From NCBI RefSeq assembly GCF_001194135.2, contig NC_068981.1, forward strand, positions 39,682,126 through 39,746,125: a stretch of DNA of 64,000 nucleotides, read 5' to 3'. This document shows positions 27,441-38,970 of the stretch, piece by piece. The DNA is from Octopus bimaculoides. Its lineage: Eukaryota. Positions within the stretch are counted from its first letter, which is position 1. Each line of letters starts with the position of its first letter. The position numbers were made by a program, and so were the translations under genes. The notes under the pieces are model-generated. The model was given only the letters and a program-made list of their open reading frames with translations. It had not been told where the DNA came from and ran no database searches.

Positions 27441-27593
27441 TATGTACTGACAGAGACTGTAATCGCCCGAAAATCCAAAACACTGGTCAAGAATTCCCTA
27501 TATTGATCGGTCAATTTCGTCTAATTCCGTAGCCTCATCAGTAGAGACCGCTTGATTCGGTTCATTCCGGGCTTAAATCTCTGCCAGTACATA
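27441..27593. mobile_element. 153-bp fold-back element carrying a hammerhead ribozyme
   Basis: Imperfect terminal inverted repeats tatgtactgacagagactgtaatcgcccgaaaat (27441-27474) / attccgggcttaaatctctgccagtacata (27564-27593), set in TA-rich flanks. Confidence 0.75.
27495..27547 (-). ncRNA. Type I hammerhead ribozyme
   Basis: Minus strand: stem I UCUCUA / UAGGGA; core CUGAUGA; stem II GGCUA-CGGAAU-UAGAC (4 of 5 pairs); GAAA; stem III AUUGA-CCGA-UCAAU; AUA cleavage triplet, predicted cut between 27501 and 27500. Confidence 0.85.
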
Positions 27594-27615
27594 TGTACTG
27601 AGAGAGTGAGAGAGA

Positions 27616-27665
<50 letters not shown>

Positions 27666-28082
27666 GAGTGAGTGAAGATGTATGTTTTCATGTTTGTGTA
27701 AGTGGCACTCATTCGGTCTCAGTCTCACACATGCACATCTTTCATATACACATACATAAATACATATGCATATTTACTTTTTGTATATATGTGTGCATGT
27801 GCGTTGTGCACGTGAAACAGTGTGAGTGACTGTATTTCGTCATAACATATAGAGAAATGAACGCCTTTTCAGGTACACACTCCTATAGAAAATGTGACGT
27901 CGTCGTTGTCGTGGTATAGAATATATACGAGAGCTGACTTACAGAAAAGCTTATAATATAAAACTTTTGTAATGCAAATACGTAAAGAAAAAGTTTATTT
28001 GGTAGGCGTAAGAATACTGAAGCTTTTGATACCCCATATGTCAATATAGGCAACTCAGTTTTCGCATGCATAAAGACGATAT

Positions 28083-28139
<57 letters not shown>

Positions 28140-28257
28140 CATACATACACACACACACATACACATACAAATTCTCTTATATAAATGGAAGACCTCCTTG
28201 TCTATCGATCTCTCTGTCTGTCTCTCACATTCCCTGCATATCTATCTCCTTCTGTCC

Positions 28258-28579
28258 NNNNNNNNNNNNNNNNNNNNNNNNNNNNNNNNNNNNNNNNNNN
28301 NNNNNNNNNNNNNNNNNNNNNNNNNNNNNNNNNNNNNNNNNNNNNNNNNNNNNNNNNNNNNNNNNNNNNNNNNNNNNNNNNNNNNNNNNNNNNNNNNNNN
28401 NNNNNNNNNNNNNNNNNNNNNNNNNNNNNNNNNNNNNNNNNNNNNNNNNNNNNNNNNNNNNNNNNNNNNNNNNNNNNNNNNNNNNNNNNNNNNNNNNNNN
28501 NNNNNNNNNNNNNNNNNNNNNNNNNNNNNNNNNNNNNNNNNNNNNNNNNNNNNNNNNNNNNNNNNNNNNNNNNNNNNNN
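28258..28579. other. Assembly gap
   Basis: N run. Confidence 1.
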
Positions 28580-29140
28580 TATATATCAGGCTGAGTAAAA
28601 AGTAAGCAACGTTTTGAAACATGAAATTCATCACAATATATTTCAACAATACGGAAATTTTATTTATCGAAGTAAGTACCATTGCAATCAAGACATTTTT
28701 GCCACCGAGTTACAAATTTGTTTATTCCGGTAACATAAAATCTTGGAGTTCTGGAGCTGATGAAGTCTTTGAACGCACTCTCACAATCGGATTGATTTTT
28801 TGAACTCCTTCTCTCGCAGGAAATCATCAAGTTGTTTGAAAAAGTGGTAGTCGGTAGGAAAAAAGTCTGGGGTAATAAGCTGGGTGAGGAAAAACTTTAT
28901 AGCCAAGTTCTCTCAACTCTTTGGGTGTCATTAGTGAAACGTGTGATCGAACATTGTTATGAAAATGATTGGCCCTCTTCTGTTGATCAGTCTGGGACGA
29001 AGAAGTAGCAGTTTTTCGTTCATTTCATGGCAATATGTTTCTGCAGCAATGATTTTTCCGGGTTTTAAGAAGTTATTGTGGATGAGTCCAACAGTACACC
29101 ACCAAACAGCCTTGCTTTATCCCATTTGTGACTGTGAATA
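28580..29140 (-). pseudogene. Mariner transposase 3' half plus TIR (cecropia/Hsmar1-like by resemblance)
   Basis: Minus translation with frameshifts: VWWCTVGLIHNNFLKPGKII.AETYC ... RPRLINRRGPI ... ELGYKVFPHPAY.PD..PTDYHFFKQLDDFLREKEF ... FYVTGINKFVTRWQKCLDCNGTYFDK. Confidence 0.92.
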
Positions 29141-29605
29141 AATTGAACACATCAACGCTAAATCTGACAGAAGCTATCCAATGTCATGCACTGTTTATCC
29201 GGTTTTAGCACTGCCCTCGGGAATTCCGGGTTGATGTCCGGTGTGCTAGACGATCATTAGGAATGAGGCACCCTTCAGCTTTTGTGGAAGCATGCCTGTA
29301 GAAGGTCTGTTTAAGACACATAAATTATATTTACATACATACAGACAGACATATACTGAGAGATTAGATCAAACAAACATGCAGTCGTAGCATTAGTTCT
29401 CTCCTGTTATCAAACTATATATTTTCAACCTTAGTCAACACGGAGTTTCTTCTTCAGAATTTGACTTGACATGTTTCAGAATATAACCAAGAAATTATAA
29501 TGCGGGTGAAGAATGTGTGCATATTGTGCTGCTGTGTGCATATAGATAGATATATAGAGATATAACCATATATATAAAACAAGTATGTACATATATCTAT
29601 GTAAA

Positions 29606-29643
<38 letters not shown>

Positions 29644-29847
29644 NNNNNNNNNNNNNNNNNNNNNNNNNNNNNNNNNNNNNNNNNNNNNNNNNNNNNNNNN
29701 NNNNNNNNNNNNNNNNNNNNNNNNNNNNNNNNNNNNNNNNNNNNNNNNNNNNNNNNNNNNNNNNNNNNNNNNNNNNNNNNNNNNNNNNNNNNNNNNNNNN
29801 NNNNNNNNNNNNNNNNNNNNNNNNNNNNNNNNNNNNNNNNNNNNNNN
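29644..29847. other. Assembly gap
   Basis: N run after (TA)n. Confidence 1.
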
Positions 29848-30828
29848 TAAGGGCTTTAAGAAGCCTAACTGTGAATTAACAGATTAAAGTTACCACATAC
29901 ACATGTAAATACTTCACACACAGATATTTGTGCGTGTGTGGTATGTTCGGGCGCACATACGCCTCCGGCATTATCGTAATGAATTAATAAATTACACAAT
30001 GCATTATAGTCAATCTTTTTAATTCTACATGAAATAATGTTAAAAAATTGCCAAGATCCAAGACCGAATCCATCATTAATTTTTCAATAACAAACAAAGG
30101 ATAATAATGAGATTTCTCTCCATTAGACAATGAACTTAATGATCTCATCTTTTAAGAGACAGCAGTTAGGTTTGAAAGACTTAACATTTACCTCGGCATC
30201 ATGCATAACCAGCATCAGTAATGAAGAACTGAACTGTTATGTCACATACAATGTCACATGCTTCAAACTTCTTTGATATTTAAAAGTACACAGATATGAA
30301 AAACTGTGCGACTCCTTGAAAACTATGCAACAAAAGCATTTCCTTGCAAGAATAAACGGGTAGCGGAAACTTAAGGCAAAGGTTTATTACTCTGTATCCT
30401 ACATTTTCAGCGCAGAATTCTATGGAGCAACGACTTAGTTTCATAAAAAAAACTATGCTTACGTTGTGATTCCAATCCAGAATGTGAAAATATGAACAAT
30501 AAGCGTGATAATTATATCATTCTTTTGCCCATTATTAATGTTTGGGGAAAGGGAACGGAATCTTTAGGTGGTCATCACACTTGTGAAGGAACTTCTCTCG
30601 CTACGTAAGAGGAAATTTAAAGCCAGTGCTTTCTGAGAGGAAAAAATCTGATACCGTGGTTGATAAGAAAGTCAGCAACACTAGACTTAGGAGGATTCAT
30701 TGGGGTCCTCCTGAGGCCTTCTAAAAAGAGTAACATTTGCAGTTCTGCATGTTTTGAGTTAAAATACTACAGAATTTTATACTGAGTAATGGGGGCACCT
30801 CTCTCTCTCTCCATCTCTCTCTCTCTCC

Positions 30829-30860
<32 letters not shown>

Positions 30861-31698
30861 NNNNNNNNNNNNNNNNNNNNNNNNNNNNNNNNNNNNNNNN
30901 NNNNNNNNNNNNNNNNNNNNNNNNNNNNNNNNNNNNNNNNNNNNNNNNNNNNNNNNNNNNNNNNNNNNNNNNNNNNNNNNNNNNNNNNNNNNNNNNNNNN
31001 NNNNNNNNNNNNNNNNNNNNNNNNNNNNNNNNNNNNNNNNNNNNNNNNNNNNNNNNNNNNNNNNNNNNNNNNNNNNNNNNNNNNNNNNNNNNNNNNNNNN
31101 NNNNNNNNNNNNNNNNNNNNNNNNNNNNNNNNNNNNNNNNNNNNNNNNNNNNNNNNNNNNNNNNNNNNNNNNNNNNNNNNNNNNNNNNNNNNNNNNNNNN
31201 NNNNNNNNNNNNNNNNNNNNNNNNNNNNNNNNNNNNNNNNNNNNNNNNNNNNNNNNNNNNNNNNNNNNNNNNNNNNNNNNNNNNNNNNNNNNNNNNNNNN
31301 NNNNNNNNNNNNNNNNNNNNNNNNNNNNNNNNNNNNNNNNNNNNNNNNNNNNNNNNNNNNNNNNNNNNNNNNNNNNNNNNNNNNNNNNNNNNNNNNNNNN
31401 NNNNNNNNNNNNNNNNNNNNNNNNNNNNNNNNNNNNNNNNNNNNNNNNNNNNNNNNNNNNNNNNNNNNNNNNNNNNNNNNNNNNNNNNNNNNNNNNNNNN
31501 NNNNNNNNNNNNNNNNNNNNNNNNNNNNNNNNNNNNNNNNNNNNNNNNNNNNNNNNNNNNNNNNNNNNNNNNNNNNNNNNNNNNNNNNNNNNNNNNNNNN
31601 NNNNNNNNNNNNNNNNNNNNNNNNNNNNNNNNNNNNNNNNNNNNNNNNNNNNNNNNNNNNNNNNNNNNNNNNNNNNNNNNNNNNNNNNNNNNNNNNNN
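30861..31698. other. Assembly gap
   Basis: N run after (CT)n. Confidence 1.
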
Positions 31699-32213
31699 TA
31701 TATAATATTTGTGTGTGTGCCTGTGTGTTTATTGTGATTATGTACGAAAACATGAAAATGCTTCTAGCAGACGGTGATTTGACAGGACCTTTGATGCGTA
31801 GTACAAAATGCATTGTGGTGTTCATTTCGGCTCTATGCGTTCTGACTGTTTTCTTGTTTTTTGTTTTTCTGGTAGCCTTAATCTATCGCCGATTTTAACA
31901 CCATGTGGTTCATGGTTGCCGCTAGCATAATTCACTCTGTTACAAAGAGTGAATTCACATCAGTTGTCTGGGGTAACCAGTAGTCTCGAATACCCTCAAA
32001 TCTAATGGGTTATAAGTACTTCCCTACCATGCTATTGAGATTATTCATATGGTTCAGGTTATTTTTTGATACAGTATATTTCTCTTTCCCAGTATCTAAA
32101 ATCCTCTGTTACTGTTATGATATTGTTATAGCTGTGCTCTTGTTTCTCCTGTTGTTGATATATTCATTTTCTACGAGATATTTGATCCTGAATACTTGCG
32201 TGGCTGTTTTCTT

Positions 32214-32246
<33 letters not shown>

Positions 32247-32629
32247 TTTCTTTTGTTTCAAATATTTTGCTTCACAACTTCGTGGTTTTGGATTCAGCTC
32301 CACAATTTGGCCTTTTTCCGAAAAGTGTCTTCGTGTCGGTCAAAGATTTTTGAGTGAAATTTGGTTGATACGAATTATGTGGAACTAGATGCTAGACTTT
32401 AATATATATTTCGGTTTAACACTATACCCAAGCCCTTAAGAATGTTTATCGGCGTACACTTTGTTGTAAATTAGAACAAGCACATAAAACAGTGAGGGTC
32501 AAAATAAAGACGTTTACATTTCTTCTTAACATGCAGACTAAAATATTAAATGATTCGGTGAAACATTGGGGGGGGGGGTACTTTTTACGTAAAAAGCATA
32601 TTGATCCGAGCACCAAGTAACGTTAGAAG

Positions 32630-32679
32630 TTTTCCCGACCTAGTGTTTCGGAATACGTTCGCCTCTTCAGTTGGAAGAA
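32630..32679 (-). ncRNA. Degenerate type I hammerhead ribozyme
   Basis: Minus: uucuuccaa CUGAAGA GG-cgaacguauu-CC GAAA C-acuag-GUC gggaaaa. Core boxes, base of stem II and GUC triplet are intact; stem I is mispaired. Confidence 0.6.
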
Positions 32680-34825
32680 CTGCTTTGCTCATTTGAAGCT
32701 AAACCAGAATGTAGGGCTCTACTCGGTGTGTTTTACACACAAAGTTCATAGCGAGAAGTTTTTCTCACAGACAAAATCTTGCAGCGAATACCTTTCACGT
32801 TATTGTGTGTAGGAGTATGTTAAAGCAAATCTAAATTTGTTTAAGTATTTGTACAGCTTCTCTGACTCAATATCGTTTCCTTCGTTTCTCACAACGGTCT
32901 CAAAGGTGTTCAATACGGTCATTGGTTAGTAAATCCCTATCTGAACAAGTTGTATTATTAAATAATCGTTTTTGTTTTCTTTTTTTTGGGGGGGGGGGAT
33001 GAATTATGTTTATAGCCCTTTAAATGTGACTGTAGAGCAGTACATATTTTCGTAGCCAAATAAGCTTAAGAGAGTTAAATGACATCAAGCGAGACGAATT
33101 TCTACGTCTGTAACAAAATGCAAATTTATAATTCATATGTCATTTTCCTAATAGAAACACAAGCAATAATGCTAAGGAACTGAGGCATGTAGAGCTTAGT
33201 GTCCTTCCTGAAAACACAACAAAATGTTCGCAACCCAAATTAACTCATGACTCATGAGTTAGAGAGCCGATCAATTATCTACTCTTTCACTTCACCTTTA
33301 TATGAATACAAATGCTGGCACTTATTCCACTCGACCATAGCACCTCTTGTATTGTTCATACTTTTCTCACTTCCAAAATACACCTAAAGGATATTAAATT
33401 TAGTGGTAGTGGAATATACAGTGAAAAGAATATCGGATTTCTTTTGTATATGAAGTAATTTCATTCTCTGTATAATTTTATCCCTATGTTATATTATAAA
33501 CCGTGCTACAATAGATAAAATGTATCAATACAAGTTAATCTGTATTCCATCTAGAAATTATGAATTCAAGCTATTAAATAAATGTACTTTTAATTCTTCT
33601 TGATATACATAGCAGTTCCAATGAAATATAGAGTCTCTTGAAAATAGACAAACATATTCCTCTTCCACTACCATGTCGACTTAATAATCATTTTTATAAT
33701 GAGCTGAATGGAACACGACGCCTCATATCTACATATGCATATGTGTACACACGCACGTTTCTGTGTATACATAAACACATACATATATCGTCGTCATTAG
33801 TAGTAGTATTATTATGAACATTAACTTATAGTCGAGTAGGAAGAGAAATGAATTAGCATGAGAAGAGACACTGTTCCAAAAGTATGAAATTATCAGTAAC
33901 CATTCAGCAATCTATTGGATGTTTTCAGTCAGCCGAGATTAATATTATATGAAATACGATTCATAATAATATGTAATGAAGTTTTATTGAATTGCTGAAT
34001 AAAGGATAAATCATATGACAACATTTAAGAGCAGAAGATACACGAGGAGGTATCAATTTAAACCCTATATCGGCTGGATTATAATTATGTTAAATAGACT
34101 TCTAGTGAACTATAATTATCCCTTGCATCAAAACTAAACCAGAAATATTACTCAGTGCTGTGGGAATAAATTCAGAAATTTAGGGTGCCGAGTATCCTTT
34201 ATGAATAAGAAAGAATTTCTTTCCTCTTGAAGAGAACCTTTAACTAGTAAGTTTCTGAATATCTCCTTACCGTTCATTCATCATTACTAAATATAATGAC
34301 TAAAGAATTAATATTAGTACATCCTCTTTCGCTGTAGAGTGTTACAAGAAACGATAAAACTCCTTAGAAAATTGACACAAATCCTTCATTTCCAGAGAAT
34401 GCATAGCAAGAAGCGATACAATATATATATATATATATGGAATAACTGTATAAATAAATAAACGTTGAATGTTACACCGTGTTAAAGTTTATGTGACCAG
34501 ATTTCTTATCTCCCAGTTTACAATTAGTGCCTCTTCTCGCTAAATAACTAATTGCAAGAGACACAATTTTGTCCATCGCATTCCAACTTCAGTACTCATG
34601 TTATGTGGAGATTTGTGAACGATGACTTTACTTTCCCGTAGCCCCATCAGCACATTCTAGAGCAATGTCCAGCAAATTGAGCTCTTCTTCCTTTATTAGT
34701 GTCTTGCTTAGGGAGCATGTCGTATAATTTGTCTAAATAGGGTGTTTTTTCTAGAACATATACAAAATGGCATGAAACATGTGTATGCAAATAACATCCA
34801 GCATAGTGTCAAGTATTTTAATTGG

Positions 34826-35050
34826 TACGAGGGGATGTTAAAAATTCCTGGCTATGGGTAAAAGAAAATACAGAAAGATCAATTAATTATACTATTAATC
34901 CAAAGTTAATGCAGTACGATCGTTTTATGCGACTCCATTTATTTAAGCAATGTGAACATTACATCAAATGTAAAATGCAGAGCAATCCTCAGCTGCACAA
35001 AGATATAGAAATTTACTGAAATTTCATTTCAACTGAAGGACATATTTTTG
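34826..35050. mobile_element. Mariner-type TIR fragment / MITE remnant
   Basis: Starts TA|CGAGGGGATGTTAAAAATTCCTGGCT, similar to the terminus at 26110. The opposite end is not confidently identified. Confidence 0.5.
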
Positions 35051-35193
35051 TAACTATATTTAAACTCTCCAAGTAGAAAGGAAGAATAAAAAAGAACATT
35101 TTGACTTAGCCAGACCATACAGGCTAGTAATTAATTCTAAGCAGATTTTTAACTGTCACTGATTTTATTTGTTTTTTTTTTGCTAGAGGGATT

Positions 35194-35297
35194 ATACATA
35201 CATACATACATACATACATACATACATACATACATACATACGTAGGTAGATAGGTAGGTAGGTAGGTAGGTAGGTAGGTAGGTAGGTAGGTAGGTAG
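35194..35297. repeat. (TACA)n followed by (TAGG)n
   Basis: Direct reading. Confidence 0.97.
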
Positions 35298-36513
35298 ATA
35301 ATATGCCCTGAAAGTTCAGTATACTTGCATTCCGATATTTTGGATAATGAACTTTCGCATGTCGATTTTCTGAGCATTTTTTCGATGTGATTTCTATACT
35401 AAGTTTGCAGCTGGTATGTGTATTTGGGAGAGATCTATGCGTATGCTGGATAGTCTTTATATCTGCCTTCTGTTACTGTATTGTGCATATTATATCTTTC
35501 TGTGAATCTGCGGCAAATTTTGTATTACCCGTGCTTACATATATGTGCCGGCGACGCTAAAACTGAATACTTGCTGATATCACTGATTCTCTCAAACGAT
35601 CACTTGCTATCCAAGCAATATTTGCTACTCTGGGATAGTTAGGATAATTCGTTTGCTACAGTGCATCTCAATGAATAAGGAAAACTAAAATTGTGTAGCG
35701 TACTCATGGCAGTACATTTGGATACTTATTTTCATATTTGACATGTGGATGCGATTATTATATAATTTTCAGTGCACCCATCCATTTCTACGTTCAATGC
35801 AAATTCGTTATGGTTCAGTGCTTCGACATCCCTTCACAATGACAATTATGTCGTATGCTAGTAGTATTTGTAATTTTCAAGAACATAAACTGAATTGACC
35901 GTGGCATTTCAACAATTAATGGAATAAAGTTCTCTTCTATCCATTCATTCCCTGCTTATGCACTGACTTATGGCTAAAACATTTTATGTACCCTAGATTC
36001 GCAGCAAATTATATTTTACCGTTAACAGGCCTTATAGACACAGGGCGGAAACATACGATTGGTTTTCAACAAATCGTATCCTTCCGGCCCTCTACTATGC
36101 TATACTGAAATTTAGATAATTCTTTTCGACAATTGTTATTTCCACAATAACAAAAAAAAAACTGAATTAGTCAAAATAAAATAAACTCTTATGCTTCATC
36201 ACAAAATCGTGTACAACTTATCCCGTTCACGAATATAGACAAATGTGTGTGTATTTGAGAGTGTCTACATGTCTGTCTATTTAGCTGGTGGACTGACTAT
36301 CTGTGTAGAAGAAAGATGCACATGTCTCTAGGCAGAACATTTTTAGCTGATCTGAGAGTGATATTTAATCACTGAGAGTGTAAATTGACTCAACAGGTAG
36401 CTGCTGCTATCATAATGTATATTATAAAAAACATGAGTAGAAGTAGGTATTGCTTATATATATATATATGGGTATATGCATAATACATAAGTTGTATGTG
36501 TGTATATGTGCGT

Positions 36514-36601
<88 letters not shown>

Positions 36602-36834
36602 ATATACGTAAGTATTTTTGTATTTTTATATTAGAAAGTTACACTGCATGTACATTATAATGTATATTATGGAAATATATTTAGTCATCTGAATCTACAC
36701 CTCTTTCTCTCGCTCCCTCACCCAACATCCTGTCATATGCACATATTTCTATCCATGAAATCTCTATCCATCTTACGCAGTTTTAAAGTCATTTTCACAC
36801 CCACACCCACACACACACACACACACACGTATAC

Positions 36835-36900
<66 letters not shown>

Positions 36901-36905
36901 TTGTG

Positions 36906-36945
<40 letters not shown>

Positions 36946-37111
36946 NNNNNNNNNNNNNNNNNNNNNNNNNNNNNNNNNNNNNNNNNNNNNNNNNNNNNNN
37001 NNNNNNNNNNNNNNNNNNNNNNNNNNNNNNNNNNNNNNNNNNNNNNNNNNNNNNNNNNNNNNNNNNNNNNNNNNNNNNNNNNNNNNNNNNNNNNNNNNNN
37101 NNNNNNNNNNN
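36946..37111. other. Assembly gap
   Basis: N run after (TA)n. Confidence 1.
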
Positions 37112-37364
37112 TCCGATCTTATATATCGAACGTAAGATCACCGAATGCCGTGTTATTATCCTTGAGAGATCCTTTTATGCGCCCTAGGTACATAAAAGCA
37201 TACACATAGATCGTAGTATCACCAAATGCCGATAAGGGATCTCAAGGCTTATAACGCAGGCATCTATGTTAAGTTGAATATAAAGATTATCTTTTGTTAT
37301 CAAAATTGCTTCCGTCGCCAACAATTAATCTCTCTCTTTCTCTTTTTCTCTCTTTCCCTCCTCC

Positions 37365-37446
<82 letters not shown>

Positions 37447-37559
37447 CTAATGGATCATATTTCGAAAAAAGAAGCACACTTTAAAAGTTAGAGCAGTAAT
37501 GTATTTACATGACGTTAAATATATGTCCGGTCATAAGAGTGACCAATGGTTCCTGTTGT

Positions 37560-38145
37560 TGGGAACAACAGCAGAAACAACAACAACAACAACTGAAAAA
37601 TAGAAGCAACAACAACAACAATTGCAAATACAGCAACAAATGACGCAATTAATGAATGATCAGTCGTCAGGAAACGTAGAAAAATGTTCTCACCAGATTA
37701 TGTTGCGCACTCGATAACAGAGTTTAAGTACGTACCATACAAAGGAATTACCTTCGTGGCTTAATATAGAAGATACGAACAAATCTTGAATAAAGACGAC
37801 GATATGAAAACGTGTTTCGTTTTAAGAAAACTGATAGGAGAACATTAGCAGGAGAGTATGAGCAATTAAGTACTCCCAAACAAACCTTCTGCTTTAAAGA
37901 TACAATAAACATATTGTGTAAAATTTTTAGTGAGAAAAGCTCGTTGTTCAGTATATGTTGGAAATGTTTGAACCTAGAAAAGAATAACGAAGAGGAGTAC
38001 ATCACATAAGCTGGTAGAGTTAACAGGGAATGTGAAAAGTAAGTTCAAGCTGGATGAATTAACACCAGATATGTTCAAGTGCTTGATATTTCCTCAGGGA
38101 CAAAATGCAGAGAAAGACGCAGAAGATATAGATCTCGTTTCAGAG
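37560..38145 (+). pseudogene. Ty3/Gypsy LTR retrotransposon gag fragment
   Basis: Q-rich start (CAA repeats), then MFSPDYVAHSITEFKY...GITFVA*YRRYEQI, LRKL, FKDTINILCKIFSEKSSLFSICWKCLNLEKNNEEEYIT*AGRVNRECEK and FKLDELTPDMFKCLIF.QG..AEKDAE, a typical metazoan Gypsy gag pattern. No LTR or pol is seen. Confidence 0.78.
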
Positions 38146-38288
38146 CTTAGGAGAGTTTCTGGGTCAGTCGAGTCTTTAAGGATCTTTGCCTGCTCTGCTA
38201 TGCAAAGCTTGCATCGTCCGCTCCAGTTTATATAGAACTGTCACGGTTTTCTACCTCCAGTTCCAATAGAAGATATATGCCCGCGGGA

Positions 38289-38355
38289 AATGGAGTCTGA
38301 CGAATAGTGTATAAAGTTAAGCGTTTTATAGATGCGAAACCATTGGTTACTGTTT
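38289..38355 (+). ncRNA. Degenerate type I hammerhead ribozyme
   Basis: AGU CUGACGA (38297-38303), long stem II (UAUAAA/UUUAUA paired, base mismatched), GAAA (38336), stem III ACC-AUU-GGU, GUU triplet, then ACU closing a 3-bp stem I. Confidence 0.6.
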
Positions 38356-38605
38356 GAACGAACATATATCTAACTTATAGTGATAACGCTATGACATGAA
38401 ATGGTCGGTGGTGTGAGACGCCATGCTGCGTACAGATATCTAAAATGTATCTTAATGTTTTCACTCTGATTCCTTATACACGAATATGCTTATTGCACAC
38501 GTATGTATATTAATACAATATATGTATAGTCAATATGAGAGATAATCGCACATACACACGCGCATATACATACGCATGCACACGCACATACACACAAAAA
38601 TCTCT

Positions 38606-38654
<49 letters not shown>

Positions 38655-38927
38655 CCTGCGCGTGTGCGTACACTGTATAGTTTGCGTATGCAATTAGTGT
38701 ATTCGTGTGTAATGGGAGAGTAATTGCAAGATCATAAAGATTAACTCTAGATATTTGTCGGAAAGCGTGTATCTGATATATACATATGTATATATACATG
38801 TGCGCGTTGTGTATGTGTATTTGTATGTTTGCGAGTGTGTGTGTGTATGTATGTATACATACATACATATACATATGTATGTATAAATATATATTTATGT
38901 TGATAAATATATAGACATAGAAATGAG

Positions 38928-38970
<43 letters not shown>

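Noticed and set aside
31752-31898. Hydrophobic ORF end (IVVFISALCVLTVFLFFVFLVALIYRRF)
   Set aside because: Hydrophobicity comes from T-rich low-complexity sequence; weak acceptor and no supporting exons.
35300-35560. Minus-strand patches recalling a Penelope GIY-YIG domain (FTERYNMH, PKYRNAS, YTELSGHI)
   Set aside because: Patches lie in different frames and do not give a convincing order; needs a profile search.
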